A DNA stretch of 64,000 nucleotides from Yuukianura sp. NJ FZ-2021 (lineage: Eukaryota). A program made the translations under genes and the position numbers. The number at the start of each line of letters is the position of its first letter. Within the stretch, counting starts at the first letter, position 1. The DNA lies in NCBI GenBank assembly GCA_046563655.1, contig CM102286.1, positions 11,780,001-11,844,000 on the forward strand, written 5' to 3'. Under the pieces are notes generated by a model. It was given only the letters and a program-made list of their open reading frames with translations. It was not told the origin of the DNA and searched no databases. Shown here in pieces: positions 38,371 to 51,500 of the stretch.

Positions 38371-41300
38371 ATGGGTTGTGCTGGAAGTAAGGATGAGAGA
38401 GCAGGAGATGGGAGCGGTGGTGGGGCAAATAAAAGTGGTGATCGAAACAATACTGCTGGTGGACCGTCCGGAAGTACTTCGACTGCAGCATATGCTGATC
38501 CCAGGATTCCAATGACTGCTAAACAAAAGTACAGTATTGTTGCGTCATGGAAAGGTATTAGTCGAGCTATTGAGCCCACTGGGATCTGCATGTTTGTCAA
38601 GTAAGTCAAATCAATCGACATCAAAAATATACACCGTATTTCCTCGCATATAAAACACACGTATAAAACCTGTTCAATACACACTTTCCGCACCAATTTC
38701 ATTTGCCAAGCGCCAGAACCACGGAATTTCACTAAGACGCGTATTATAGGCGAGAAAGTACGGTAAAATGTGTATAATATTTCTGCTTTATCTACAAATA
38801 CTAAGCTAAAATAAGTAATCATCCGGCGATAGCCTTAAGCAGTGCTAACAAAGATGTGGAAACTAGATATTTGTCGGTAGCTTTTCTCCGAAAGATAACC
38901 TTTGAGTTATTCCCGCCTGATAAACTAGAAAAAAATTGAAATTAAGCAGCGTTTACACAGGTATCCACCTTTTACTTTCTCCTGCAACTTTCACTATCAT
39001 CACCGCTTAAACCAGCGTAATGACCCACTCCAAATCCAAATATCATAAAATATTCAATGACTCACTCCTTTCTTTCCCACTAGCAAACCACATACCTACT
39101 TTCCGTCGTAATTTTCGAGTGGAAGGGAGAACGTGAACGTGAGGTCGAATCCGGAGAAAGGGCAACAGGTCAACAAACTCCTATAAGTTTTAGTAGTAGT
39201 TAGTATAAAAAGCTCCGCGAATAACTCGTTAGTGTTAGTTTCCAAATCATGCAAAGTGGTATTTTGAAACCATTTGACATGGGTACCGCAAGTGTTGACG
39301 AGTGTTCCACTTCTACGGTCATGTGAAATGTTTCCACAAGTATTTGAACAAAGATATGCGCGTGGTTTGTACCTCCCGATATTTAAAAAAATGGAGAAGC
39401 AAGCATAGTATTACAAGTTTGGGAGTCCATTTCGCGTAAAGTGTATACGTTTATTGATCAGGTTTGTTGGTAATATTTTCTGAGTCTGACGTTTGATAAT
39501 CGTATGATGACAAACGATGCAAACTGGCTTCATTGATCAAATTGTGTGAGCGGAAATTATATCAAATTTCATTAGAGCTTATTAATAAAATTTCGCCTAG
39601 AGCTTACATGAACATATAGCCCTTTTCGACGGCTGGCTCTTGTTCTTTCAGTCGTAAAATGAAATACTCGGAGATGATTAATTGAGTAGTAAAAGATTGG
39701 AAGATCACGATACAGATACGATACAACTCAATTTGTACCGCATCATATCGAAAATTTGTTTCTACTGCTATGCTGCGGAACTTAACTGAACATTAACGAT
39801 TGCTTAAATAATGTAGCGAGGCAGAAAGGCATGCGTAACTTTGGCTTCGGAATTTTTGAATAGACGCGGGACAGAATAAATTTTTAATAAACGCGTGTTA
39901 TGAGCGTTATTTTTACGACGCAACGCAGCAAATGAGAAACGAGGGCGGATATAGAAGAATTAATCGTGCGGAATTTCCGAAATAAACATCGATTAAGTTC
40001 AAAACACTATCAATGACCGAAAACCAGTTGATTGAACAAAACCAAGATACGGAAACAATGAGAAGAGGTGGGTGCAGACAAGGAAGTTTTGAACTATAGT
40101 ATTTGCTGTTCAATTTGTTCTAATTGAAGGAAACCCTCAACCTACTAATTAAAACGATTAATTTTTAAGGAATAACAAATATGTCGCAAATTTTCGCAGT
40201 GAGCGCCCCTATCCCTCGTCGACAAAGTATTTTCCCGAATTAATCATTAATTTTCGACTATGAAACCTAGTTGATAGAAAGGTGCTGTTCACGTTATAAT
40301 TTGTTAAAATAATTCTGCCAATTAATACAGGGAGGGACAAAAATAAAACAAAGAATCACTCCGTCATTGTGCCATTTCAAATATTTTTGCAAAACCGTAG
40401 CCGTCAATTGTTATGAAACCATAAAACCTGTTTATTTCGTCACCCAGAAGTGCAAGATTGTGTAACATTGTTAATTAATATTAATTAATAATTTTAAGTA
40501 AGTCAGTGATGTCACAAATATAAGTAGTATATAAATTAAATTAAGTAACAAAGGATTGGTTATGCCGGCGTAATTAACCTTCGTAATGAGTCCTGTCATA
40601 CAAAAATGATCCTCGAGAAGCTTATTTAATTCAATGAGAGATCTATTCTTTCTTTTTAGATTGTTCGAAGAAAATGCCGAGCTCCTGGACTTATTTGAAA
40701 AATTCCAAAGCCTAAAGACTCGTCAACTTCAAGAAGAAAGTACAGAGCTGGCAGAACATGCCACAATGGTCATGGGCACGCTGGACCAGGCCATTCGTTC
40801 ATTAGACAATCCAGACGGTTTCGTCCAACAGTTGGAGCGCGTCGGCTCCACGCATAGAAGGATACAAGGATTCAATCCTGACTTTTTTTGGGTAAGGAAT
40901 TACTTTTACTAAAAGTATTAGCATTTACATCAATAGTTTATATTATACTTATAATCAATGCTCATTTTTAAACAAAAATAACATATTCAACATGAAAATA
41001 TGACCCGGCGCTCTGTGCACCGAACAAACATGCAAAAGTTCAAACGAACTTTCAATTCCTTACCAACATAAGTCTGGGTACATGAAACACTCATGCATAT
41101 TAATTACTCTCTAAGAAAAATATAAATCACTCACGTTCGCCCCGAATCCGCCTGGCTAGCATAATGTCCTTGGGAGTTAGGGTAACTCTACCCCTGTGAA
41201 GTGTGAGCATGTACGAATCTTCAAACAATCCGATGAGATAGTACTCCGCAGCGATCTGTAAAGCTTCAAGTGATGACCGTTTGTATCTGATGTCTGGCAC

Positions 41301-42673
41301 ACGCAAGTCCTGTGTAATTTCGCGTACCAACCGGGCAAACGGTCCTCTCAGAATAAGAAGGTCTGTGGTGCTTTGGTAATGCTTGATCTCAAGAAGAGCC
41401 CGACTGTCCGGTTTGTAGCGACCTGAGCCCCCTCTGGTCTTTGATTTATTCTTCTCGTTTTCCTTGGCAGTAGAACGTCGGCTGTCTTTCCTCTTAGCAG
41501 TACCTTGAAGTCGTGGTGTTACGGTTGTCCTCCTCGGAGATCCTCTTGCAGTAGCGGGACGAGATTCGGAAGCGGGTGCGTTTCCTCGTGTCGGCGTCTT
41601 AGGGGGTGATCGTTCCGGTTCTTTAGACTTCCGTCCACGTCTACTTTCTGTGGTTTTCCTTCTTGGAGGCGATCTAGCCGGACTTTCATCATCTGAGCTC
41701 GATGGAGACCCGGACGTATCCGCATATCCAGATTGTGCAGTTCGGACCATGTTTAACTAGTAGCGATGTAGAAAATTGTTTTACAGAGAAGGGAGGCTAA
41801 AATTAAAAAAAAAGCATTAATTAGCAAATGGCAATCAGGTGATACCATACTTCAATAGTTACATATTCCCCCCAGTAACTTCGTTAACATAAGACAACCA
41901 AAGGCCCGGTCCTTTCCCGTCCATCCATCCATCCTTAAGGAGCGCAAGCGTAATACTGGCTTAGGTACTACGCTGAATACCCTCACATCGTCAAATCAAT
42001 CCGATTTTTTAAGGTAGGACTGAAAAGCGATTAAGGGAAACGAGAAGTTCATGTCTTGTTAATCAAAATACTCAAACTACAAATCTTACCCAATCGGTTT
42101 CGTTCGGAGGATTTCTTGAATCTTCATGTACCCAATCCCGAATAGCTTGTCTTGTGCTTCGTACTGTGACGTTTCACTACTTAAATTTGAATGTAGTAAA
42201 TAGTAGTTAACGAAAAGATAATTAACTAATAAATCAACGAAACATAAACAACGAGAACGAGGATTTCCCGACACCAATAATGAATGAATGAATGACGAAG
42301 GCCGAAAATGGAAAGGATTTCATGCCCGCCTTTACAAAAAAAAAAATAAATAAGAATCTCTTCCCTCTCTTTATGAATTTGGCGCTAAATTTTCCGAAAG
42401 CGTCGTCTCATTATTATAAATATACCGTGCACTTATTTTTAGCACCTAGATGCATTTTTCTTAACTTTTAATTAACTTTAACCGTGTTTGAGTAATTAAT
42501 CATACTGATGTCGGCATTTGAATTTGTATTTTCAGAAAATTGAGAAACCCTTCCTATCCGCCGTGAAGACGACACTAGAAGACCGTTACACGGAAAACAT
42601 AGAGTCTATTTACAAAATTGTGATTCGACTAATAATAGAAAGCCTCGTCAAGGGCTACAATGGAAGCACTTAA
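38371..42673 (+). CDS. Globin X-like (GbXL / neuroglobin-like) N-acylated globin, 3 coding exons
   Basis: Exons 38371-38600, 40660-40891 and 42536-42673 give MGCAGSK...DPRIPMTAKQKYSIVASWKGISRAIEPTGICMFVK|LFEENAELLDLFEKF...ELAEHATMVM...VGSTHRRIQGFNPDFFW|KIEKPFLSAV...YKIVIRLIIESLVKGYNGST*. CD1 Phe, E7 His and F8 His are present, and the introns sit at the ancestral B12.2 and G7.0 positions. MGC is a myristoylation/palmitoylation motif. An upstream in-frame ATG lies at 38326. Confidence 0.92.
41127..41750 (-). CDS. CenH3: Centromeric histone H3 variant (CenH3/CENP-A), nested antisense in globin intron 2
   Basis: 207 aa intronless ORF with an H3-type histone fold (RYKPDSRALLEIKHYQSTTDLLILRGPFARLVREITQD...GLFEDSYMLTLHRGRVTLTPKDIMLARRIRGERE). 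CenH3 hallmarks versus canonical H3: Q68 to A, F84 to Y, T107 to S, loop 1 one residue longer (DLRVPDIR vs DFKTDLR), and a ~110 aa R/S/K/P-rich tail that does not align to H3. A probable 5'UTR intron spans 41797-42089. Confidence 0.88.
   Translation of the reverse strand: MVRTAQSGYADTSGSPSSSDDESPARSPPRRKTTESRRGRKSKEPERSPPKTPTRGNAPASESRPATARGSPRRTTVTPRLQGTAKRKDSRRSTAKENEKNKSKTRGGSGRYKPDSRALLEIKHYQSTTDLLILRGPFARLVREITQDLRVPDIRYKRSSLEALQIAAEYYLIGLFEDSYMLTLHRGRVTLTPKDIMLARRIRGERE
42378..42385. promoter_or_regulatory. E2F consensus site (TTTGGCGC) in the putative CenH3 promoter
   Basis: Exact TTTSSCGC match about 290 bp upstream (minus-strand sense) of the putative CenH3 5'UTR splice donor. This fits the cell-cycle regulation known for CENP-A genes. 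Confidence 0.45.
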
Positions 42674-45552
42674 TTAAGCCCTACAGTGCCAGTGTCACTT
42701 TTACAGAATATTCTTAACACTTATCGTCTAATCTTTGACATCCAACGTCAACTCTAGCCCTAAACGTCCATAACGAAGAAACTCCGAAAGATAGGCACAC
42801 TTTTACAGTATGACTAACATAAGTTAAATCTGAAGATTAATCATAATTAGTAAATTACTGTACGTACTATGCATTTTCTTAAACTTACAATCCGTAAAAT
42901 CAGCATCATCCTCCCATTTACTTTTGATTACTATAAGAAATTGGTCCATTGAGTATATGGCAAAAACAATTATTGTGGATCATAAGTTACGTTTAGGAGC
43001 ACAAATCTGCAGTTTGGCCAAAAGGTTCCCGAATGTTTTGCACCCTTGGAGTTATTTAAGAGCTCCATGCAGTTAATTGTTCCTCAATTATTTTGATTTT
43101 GAGGAAGTAAAAGCAATTCTTGTTTAGAAATTCAAACATTGTATTCGACTTTGACCGAAAACGAGAATTATTTTAAAGTCCACGTTAAGTAATGGATGTT
43201 CGGAGTTGAAGAAAATACGTAAGCCATAATGTAATCGTTTTGAAAAATCGCCTAAGTTCCCACGATAAAATTCTAAATCCGTTTTTTTAACTTTCTCGTT
43301 ATACACGTCATTATTGATGAGATTTGGTTAAAACAAATTCATTAACGAGGGCTAGTAACATAAATCTGTGATGTAGGTCTGTCTAAACAAAAAAAAAGTT
43401 AAGTAGATTTAACTAAATTCCAATTAAATAAGTTAGGATTCCTTAACATATTTACATATTGTCCACACCTCCGTCTACAGTTACTGATTTGCCATAGCTA
43501 AAAGTACCTTTGAAAGTACTCTGGAGAAAATCCTGCAGCAACTCATTGAAAATATTGGATGCTTTGAGTGCTGGGTTAACCTATACTGGTATTTTGTTGA
43601 AAAATTACAGTAAAAATTAAAACTAACTACACCAAAATAATCTTACCCATAGAAATTGTAATAGCAATTATCTGCAACCTGAGATTTACGTTTAAACCGA
43701 CTCTAAACGTTTTCAAAGCATCTCTTTTTCAGTTCCGAATTTCATTTTCTACCCAATTGGGAATGAAATTTAAGTTGACGTTCCGGAAGATACGTTTCAG
43801 TTCAAGTGAAAGTGAAGACATCATAAAATCAATCCAATACAAAGGGAAAGCGTCGTCCATCCGCCAAATCCCCCAATTGTTCTTGCCTCCCTCGACGCCA
43901 TTCAAGTCCTCCCCAGAATGAATAATGCTGAAAAAAAGTCTAAAGAAAATTCAAAATTGTACAATTTTGTCCCGAACATGACGAAACTGCGGAAACTTTA
44001 ACAAGGAAGAACAAAAAACATCATGTCAAGAATTTTAAGACTGAATGAAAATTACCTTGTTAGGATCACCAAGCGCAAAAATTCGGCAGTTCTTGTGTTC
44101 CAAAGTTCATCCAAAATCCGAAAAATGTGCTAAAACCTAAGAACTTAAAAACATAATGAAGGAAAAAGTTAAGCTATGAAAGGTTTGATGTAAATGAAAA
44201 AAAGCCAAAGACATGTTTAGCTCTGTGAAATCAGCAAAATATGTTCTGGATCTTCACAAAACATGTACAAGTTGAATGGAGCCTAAATTTAATAAAAAAC
44301 TGTTTGGTTAATTACATTCTGCTCTCAGTTAAAATGATTAACTCAGAGTCCTACTTTTAGCAAGACTTTTACTTTAGAAGGTTTTTAGGGTTGCTAGAAT
44401 TCGGTTTTATTGTAATTTGGCCTAAGTGCGTGGGTTTTTTAAAAAGAGCTCTTAAGAGCAACTCTCCTTAATTGAGTGGGAATTAATTTATAAAATATAA
44501 ATGTCGAAAGGGAATTACACTTTGCACTTTTAAGTGGGACTTTCACTTTTCCTTTCCCTTTGAACCCGCTGCCAAGAAACATTAACGATTCGGCAAACGG
44601 AGAGACACAGGAAACGAGAATCTGTCAACCAGGGAATACTTCCTACTCGTCTTCATAGTGTGTCTCACACTAACGTAAAAACCGAAAAAAAAATCTTTCC
44701 TAACGTTCCAACACGAAAACTTTAACATTTAAGTTCTCGCCCCCTTTTGTTACTTTCTCTCACAATACTTTTGCCCTTAGAACATAAATCATCATCACCA
44801 TCATCTTCTTTTTCAACGTCATCATCTTCCTTCTCAGCAACTTTCACTGTCGCGCCATGCCGCCACTGCGCCAAAACCCCCTCCTCTTCCCCAGATTGAA
44901 CTTTACATAAAAAAAAAGTGCTACGGCTCAGATTACTTTACGCCAGAATTTCCAGTAGTAGCTAGCGGATCCGGATGGCGTCTTAACATAAAAAAATAAA
45001 AGTCTTTTCTAAACGCTCACACCACTTAATCCGCAATATAACATGTTAAAAATACCCATTCTGAATTACATTCTAAACCCTCTCTTATTATAATACAATA
45101 TTCTAATAACAAATATAAGTTTTGTTACATACCCCTTAATTTAACAGGTTTCCGTACCATAGCTGAATGGACAGCTGAATTCTTTATAATTGCAGTTAAA
45201 TTTGCTAATCAAAATGCACCAATACTTGATATTTACGTTCACTTAACCTACCTTTTCAAACTTAGACTTAATCTACAAATTAACTTTTAACAAACTTCAT
45301 TTTAAAACCTACCTTTCGTCACAACCTTAATAGCTAAGAGGAATGGAGCGACATAATATTTTATACTGAATTGACATTTCTAAATCCTAAGTTATTTCTT
45401 TGCTGGTGGGAGACATGTCGCGCATAACTCCAATAAATAAACTAAAAAATCTCGAGTTAACACTTTCTAAAAGAATTATTGATCATTTGGCCTACAGCTT
45501 ATTTAGATTCGCGCTGATCTCATCATACAGCCTTATTTCCATAATCTTTTCC

Positions 45553-48500
45553 TTAAGGTTTGGGATTCAAGATATCCTTGAGAATTGAATTACTCCTATC
45601 TGCCTGATTCAGTACGGGTAGTGACATGGAGATTTGCGGCATACTTCTACTTCCCACACTTTCTTCTGAAGCAGTCGCAGGACTTTCTCTGCCTGGTGTG
45701 CCTTCAGACGGCGTCATCATAGCCGAAGATGGAGAACTCGAACCCTGAGAGTAGAAAAAAGTAAAATCAAATTGAGATTGACAGTGACATTAACTTTTTA
45801 ATGAAATCAAGGAAGCACTTTTAGCTGTTCATTAACTAACAGTTAATTAGTTCATTATTAGTTCATTTTTTCGACTTTCACCTGTCCTTCAAATCAGTTT
45901 TAAAACGTTATTAAATTACTTTCGAAAAAGTTTCCAAAATAAAAGACGTTTTCAGAATTTCCGAGATTCGCTGACACTGCGTAGCTGAGTTAGCTCAAAC
46001 CAGAGCCTTTTGGTTCAGCTTTCAACTTAAAAACTTACTTGAGAATTTCTTGTTACTTCATCAACACTCATTCGCAGTTCTACTTTTGGCTTTGACTCCT
46101 TTTCCAGAAATTGAATGAAGGCTTCAGACAGGGACTGAATAGAAAAACAAGACAATCAACTCCAACTTCCAACAACACTCAAATTAAAAGTTAGGATTTC
46201 AATTATCCTTTACCTGTTTTTCAGCTGTAGCAGTCGACGTCCTTCGTCCAATAGGCCACAATGAAAATCCTGATTCAAGTCCTGTCTTTTGTCGATCCTC
46301 TCTATTGAAGTCGAGGACTGTCGCCAGGAGACGAAGTACTTCGCTTCTCTTGTCGTCAGGAGTCGAGAAATAGCCAACGACAAGATTCTTGATTAAATAT
46401 CTAGGAATACAAAAAAAGGAAGTTGGTCTTTTCAGTTTTCAAAGAAAAAATTCCTCCATTTCTGGTATTAGATTCACAGCGAACATGTTACAACCGTCAC
46501 AACAGGAATGCGGTGACAGAAGTGATGACAAGGTAGACGGTAGTCATATAATAATAATCCGAAATTCGGGAAATCTTAGACGTGCAGAGTATATTGATCA
46601 ATCACAAAAGCATTACAATGTTCTGTCACATCCAACGGAATGACAAAAGGATTCCTCCAAAAGAGTACCAAAAATCACCTTTTCCCTACAACGTTGGAGA
46701 AATGCGTGGCTGGATTACCTACAGAGTTAACATCCACAAATTTTAGTAAAAGGTGAAAGTACTTTCTACAAAGATGTCAAAAAGATGCTGCTGAAACTGC
46801 AACTATTAATCACTCTTTTTGACTATAATCAATTTAATTTCGAAAGTGTAGCCCAACCTCCTTCCAGAATTCAAACCACGTCATCTGAAATTTGAACTCT
46901 GACAAGTACCAATTTCGAGTGGAACACAGCAGCAGTACATTCGGTTTTTTTGACCAATCTGCTTCTGCAGTAGCAAGAGTGGATTTAGAACAAGTCTTTT
47001 CCGAGATCCCACATTTGATAGGCATTTTGGTTTTAACTCTTCCACTTTCATAGCAATTTAATATCTTGGTTCAAAATCCCTAGGGATTTCTTCCAGGCCC
47101 CAATTTCCAGCACTACAAAGCATCCGCGTCAACCATCATCCTACCTTTTACTCTCTTCCTAATGCAAATGCTTTACATTTTCTACTTCAACAAGACCAAC
47201 TTCCGTAATATCACTTCGGAAGTTAGGCTGCATGGAGAAATACGGGAGAGAAAATGGCAAATCAAAATTCATCAAGGACAAACCACTTCTAGATAGTTGA
47301 GAGGCGCTTTGAAGCGTTTAGCCAACCGGAAACCGTTTCCACAGTGCCAAACCAATTCCAGAAGGTAACAACTTTTTCCTTCCAACAAACAGCGACTCTT
47401 CCCACTTCAGAGGCGGAGACTAACGGCAGGCTGCTAATTCGAAAACTTCTGAAAACTACAAAGTCGCGGACACCCTCAGTCCTTAAACTTCTTTTGAAAA
47501 AAAGTTCCAAAGCACTCCTGCGGAGACACAATTTCACTTTCTTCCTGTTCAACAAAAGACCAAACATTGCTTTCCATTTTCCATCAATTTACGACACTTT
47601 CATTCTTCATTTCTTTTTCCAACAGATTCTAGATCGTATTGATCAGGTTGTCAAAAAGTGTATAAATTTTAAAAATAAAAGAAACGTGTTTCCGACAACT
47701 TCAAAAGCGAAGATTGCTAAGAATGCATAAAGCGTGCAAGCTTAACTTAACCTAACAAAAATGTTAGCCTTTGTACGACACAAGGTTACAAAACATGCTC
47801 TAAACAACATAACTTTAGATTCTCATAGTTGAACAAAGTTTAAAACGACCGAAACCAAGTGGACAAACGCCTTGTTATACGTTTTGAACAAGAAAAAGAT
47901 TGCCGAACAGAAGCTAACGTTGAGTTTTCCAAGCGTTGAGGGATCCAAAAATCAAAAAAGTTGATCGTTTATTCTAAGCGTGTAGTGTAGCCCAAAAATA
48001 TACGCAAATTCCCCAAAGACTTTCTTTCTTCTTTTTTTTTTTTTTATAAAGGTGCACGTTACAATTTTTGTACCGTAAGAAAAACATGGACTTATATACT
48101 TCAAACTTTATTTCATTTCGGCTCCATCGTCTATCTCATCTCTGATCCCACTTTCTCCTTGGGATTGAAAAAAGAAGAAGGACTAGAGCAGTTTCTCTTT
48201 TTCTTCTTTAAAAAAACAAGAATCGAAAAACTTTTCCCATGTCATGCGTGTAGGTTGAAAAATCTTTGAGGTTTCACTTGACTTTCACTTTCTAAACGAG
48301 GCCACCCCTGCTACGGCGGATCAAAAAAGTAACGTGTACTGCCTTAAACTTTTCCATTTTCAAAAAAAAGCTTCCCAAAGCCCTCCAGAGGAGCAGGAAA
48401 GCTATGTGAAATCCTAATACAAAAAAAAATACAAAAGAAGAGAAAGAGAAGACAAAAGGGAAGTTGCAGCGGAGATGATGCGGAAGCTCCGCTTTCTTCA

Positions 48501-51500
48501 TATCCCATTTTCTTCGTGAACCCATTTCCACTTGCTCACCTTACTTTTTTCTAGTCTTTCCCGTTTGAACAAAGAAGATATAGTAACCATCTATGTCCAA
48601 AATTTAACCTTAACACTATCATTCCTTTGCAAAACTGCGGTAGGCTTTGGGAAAATGTAGCAGGAAGCGTAGGAAAAGTGGAGCGCAGCGGAACTCAGAC
48701 TTTGTCTAACGTCTACATCTCCATAGCCCTAGGCCTTCAAATTTTACGACTATATTCTGGAAGACTTATAAAATTTATGGGAAATGAAAAGGAAGATCTC
48801 TCAGCCGAAAACCAATTACTCGCACACACAGTTTACATCTTCCTGTCCCTTAGCTTTGGCTTACTACGTTCCCTGTGCCGTTTCTTCCAAAACCACCTCC
48901 ACCTATTACAAGATCAATTTGCCTGCTTCTCCTTGTCTTTACATAAGTTCACTGCTCCTTTGGCTCTTCTCCGTTGATCTTCCCGCCAATTCCACCCGCG
49001 CCCGAGAATCTGCGGGACACGGAATGGAGACGTCTCCAGGAAAAGTAACATTTAGGTTAGGTTGTTTCTTGGACTTATTGCAACCATAACTTAATTTTAG
49101 CCAAAAGGAAACAACAAATCACGGTTAAGGATCAAATCAAATTATATAATTTATGACTCCATTCAAAACCTATTCAATTGCATATACGCGACAATCGAAT
49201 GCCACGTGTGGGAGGAATTTTTTCAAGGTTTTTTTTTTCCCCTAGAAATCAGATTCCAGGTTCTTAAAAAAATTTCAGTGTTAGATATTTTTTGTACTGA
49301 TGAAAGACTTACCGGTCAATTTTTCCGTCAAGCGTATTTGCCACTTCGTCCATTTTGGATTTCAGTTTCTGGATTTCCATTTCCTTCTCTTGAACTATTC
49401 AAAACCAAAATTAAGAGATTAGTGAACAAATCAGAGTTAAAATAAAAATTGAAAGTTGGAAAATAAAATAATATCAATAAAAGAAGTAAAAGCCTTCAAA
49501 TTTCATCCGGTGACAAAAAAAAAGTCTACAAAAAGTATAACAATTTACCGCGCTTCTAACTTATTTCAAGCTATTGAATTTTCGTTTTGTGCAATCAAAG
49601 TAACTCTTGCGGAAGAATTTCAATGGAGTTTCCTTCCGCTTTCTTCTTACATAGAATTAGGAAATCAAAAAGTAAAATCATTTTATCACAAGTTTTGCCA
49701 CTTTTAGTCAACATCGCCCGCTCACTTCTAGACACCCAGCTTTACATTTTTAACGTATAACGTAGGCGCGTGTCGCTACTTAGGTCTACATCCGGCTTTC
49801 TTTCCTCCAGCACTAAACTGATCACAACAAAAAATTTGTCATTTCTCAACATAAGATTTTGAAACGCCCTGAGCAAGACTGTTAAGTCTTATTCCGATAG
49901 CCACAAACCACTAAAAAGCTTAAGTCACTCAAATTACATAACTTAATCTTATTACATCATCATGCCATTGTTGGAACTGGAAGCTTTACAAGATGCTAAA
50001 ATCATCAACGCATCAACGATATGAAGTCTATTGCTAGAGGGAAGGAATTTCAATCAGGGCTTTTGAACTTAATTCAGTCAGGGATTAAATCCAACGTCCA
50101 TGACATGTCATGCACTGGAGAGTCTCGACGTAGAAGAAGGCAGGTTTGATCCGCTGATCTTTGTTTTCATGCCAAGGGAGAAGAAGAAGCCAGTTCCAGC
50201 GTAACCCGAGTAGGAAGCATTAGACAGGAACTGATTGATCAATTACAAACCAGTACCTGACATAATACTCACAACCCAGGGGAACTCAAAACAAAATGGC
50301 AGAAGGCGATGGTTAGCTTCTGTAGTATTAAAGGTCAAAAGCTCGTAGGTCAACTTGCTATGATTATGGTCATGCGAAGAAATTTCTTCAAAATTCCAGG
50401 GTACAAAAAACTAATAAACTATAATTATAAATTATAATTGTTATAAATCACAATACTAAATCACTATAAATCACATGCAAAATTTAATTATAAAAGGTTT
50501 TTAACCTACCTTAACATAATGTATTTTCACCAAACTGTTTATTAAGTAGCGAAGCTTCGCTATTTCACATACACACCCACCCTGTCAATTCAAACTAAAA
50601 CAAAAAAAATTGGCAACTCAGAAAGCCCATCATTTCAAAAAAAAATCCAGAAAAGTGTCTAATTTCAAAAAAAAAGTACAAGAAAGCTCGCGTTTTGGTA
50701 TAATTTTCCAACGCTAATTTATTAATCAAGCAAAAAGACTGCATAGAAGCACAGCAGAATTATGTTAAAGTTCCATAATAATTAAAAGAGAAAAAATGTA
50801 GCGGAATTTTTTTTTAGACTTGGCTGGAACAGTAGCACAAAGGCGGGAGAAATTTCTTTCCGACCGACATTAAAATGTAATTACCGCCATTTGGAACCAG
50901 TCAAACAAGAATTTTGATTTGAAAAACAAAAATGGCGGGACTCGCAAAATTCTTAATTCTTATCTCCCAATTTCAGCCGCACGAAGAAAGCTTATCAGAA
51001 ATGGCTTTCAACATTGATGAAATCATCATAGTGAAGCTATCCAGGAGAAAGCAAAAAAGCACCATTTTAATTACAAACTTTCTTTCTAAAATTCCACGGT
51101 GGTAAACCACAAAAAAGAAGAGAGAAAGCTATTACCCATGTTATTGAAACGTAACTTTTTTAGTGCCCTTACAAAAACCAAAAAGAAAAAGTGTTTTATG
51201 AAACCTCTAAACCCAACCCATTATTCCATGGTTATGCAAACACAAACCCTGGGAAAAACACTGAAAAAGGAAAAGACATGCCACTGTGCTATAAAAAAAA
51301 GAAAGTCGTATATTCAGCAGAATGAAGACAATTTTAACTTATTTAAAAGAAAGGAAAAGACAAAGTCAGGTCTTTTGCTTTCTCCAATCAATACAAATGA
51401 GATATTCCAAACAAAATTTCTGTTTTATATTTTTGAAAAAAAATGAAACTAGCAACTACCTTTACATCAAAAACTTTCGACTTCCTAGAACATGAAATTT

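Noticed and set aside
41004..41024. Hairpin CGGUGC-ACAGA-GCGCCG in the CenH3 3'UTR as a histone stem-loop or IRE
   Set aside because: It does not match the GGYYYUUYUNARRRCC histone stem-loop consensus or the C-bulge/CAGUGN geometry of an IRE.
41127..41750. Canonical histone H3 or H3.3
   Set aside because: The tail does not align to H3 beyond MVRT, diagnostic Q68/F84/T107 are replaced, loop 1 is longer, and I saw no histone 3' stem-loop or neighbouring histone cluster.
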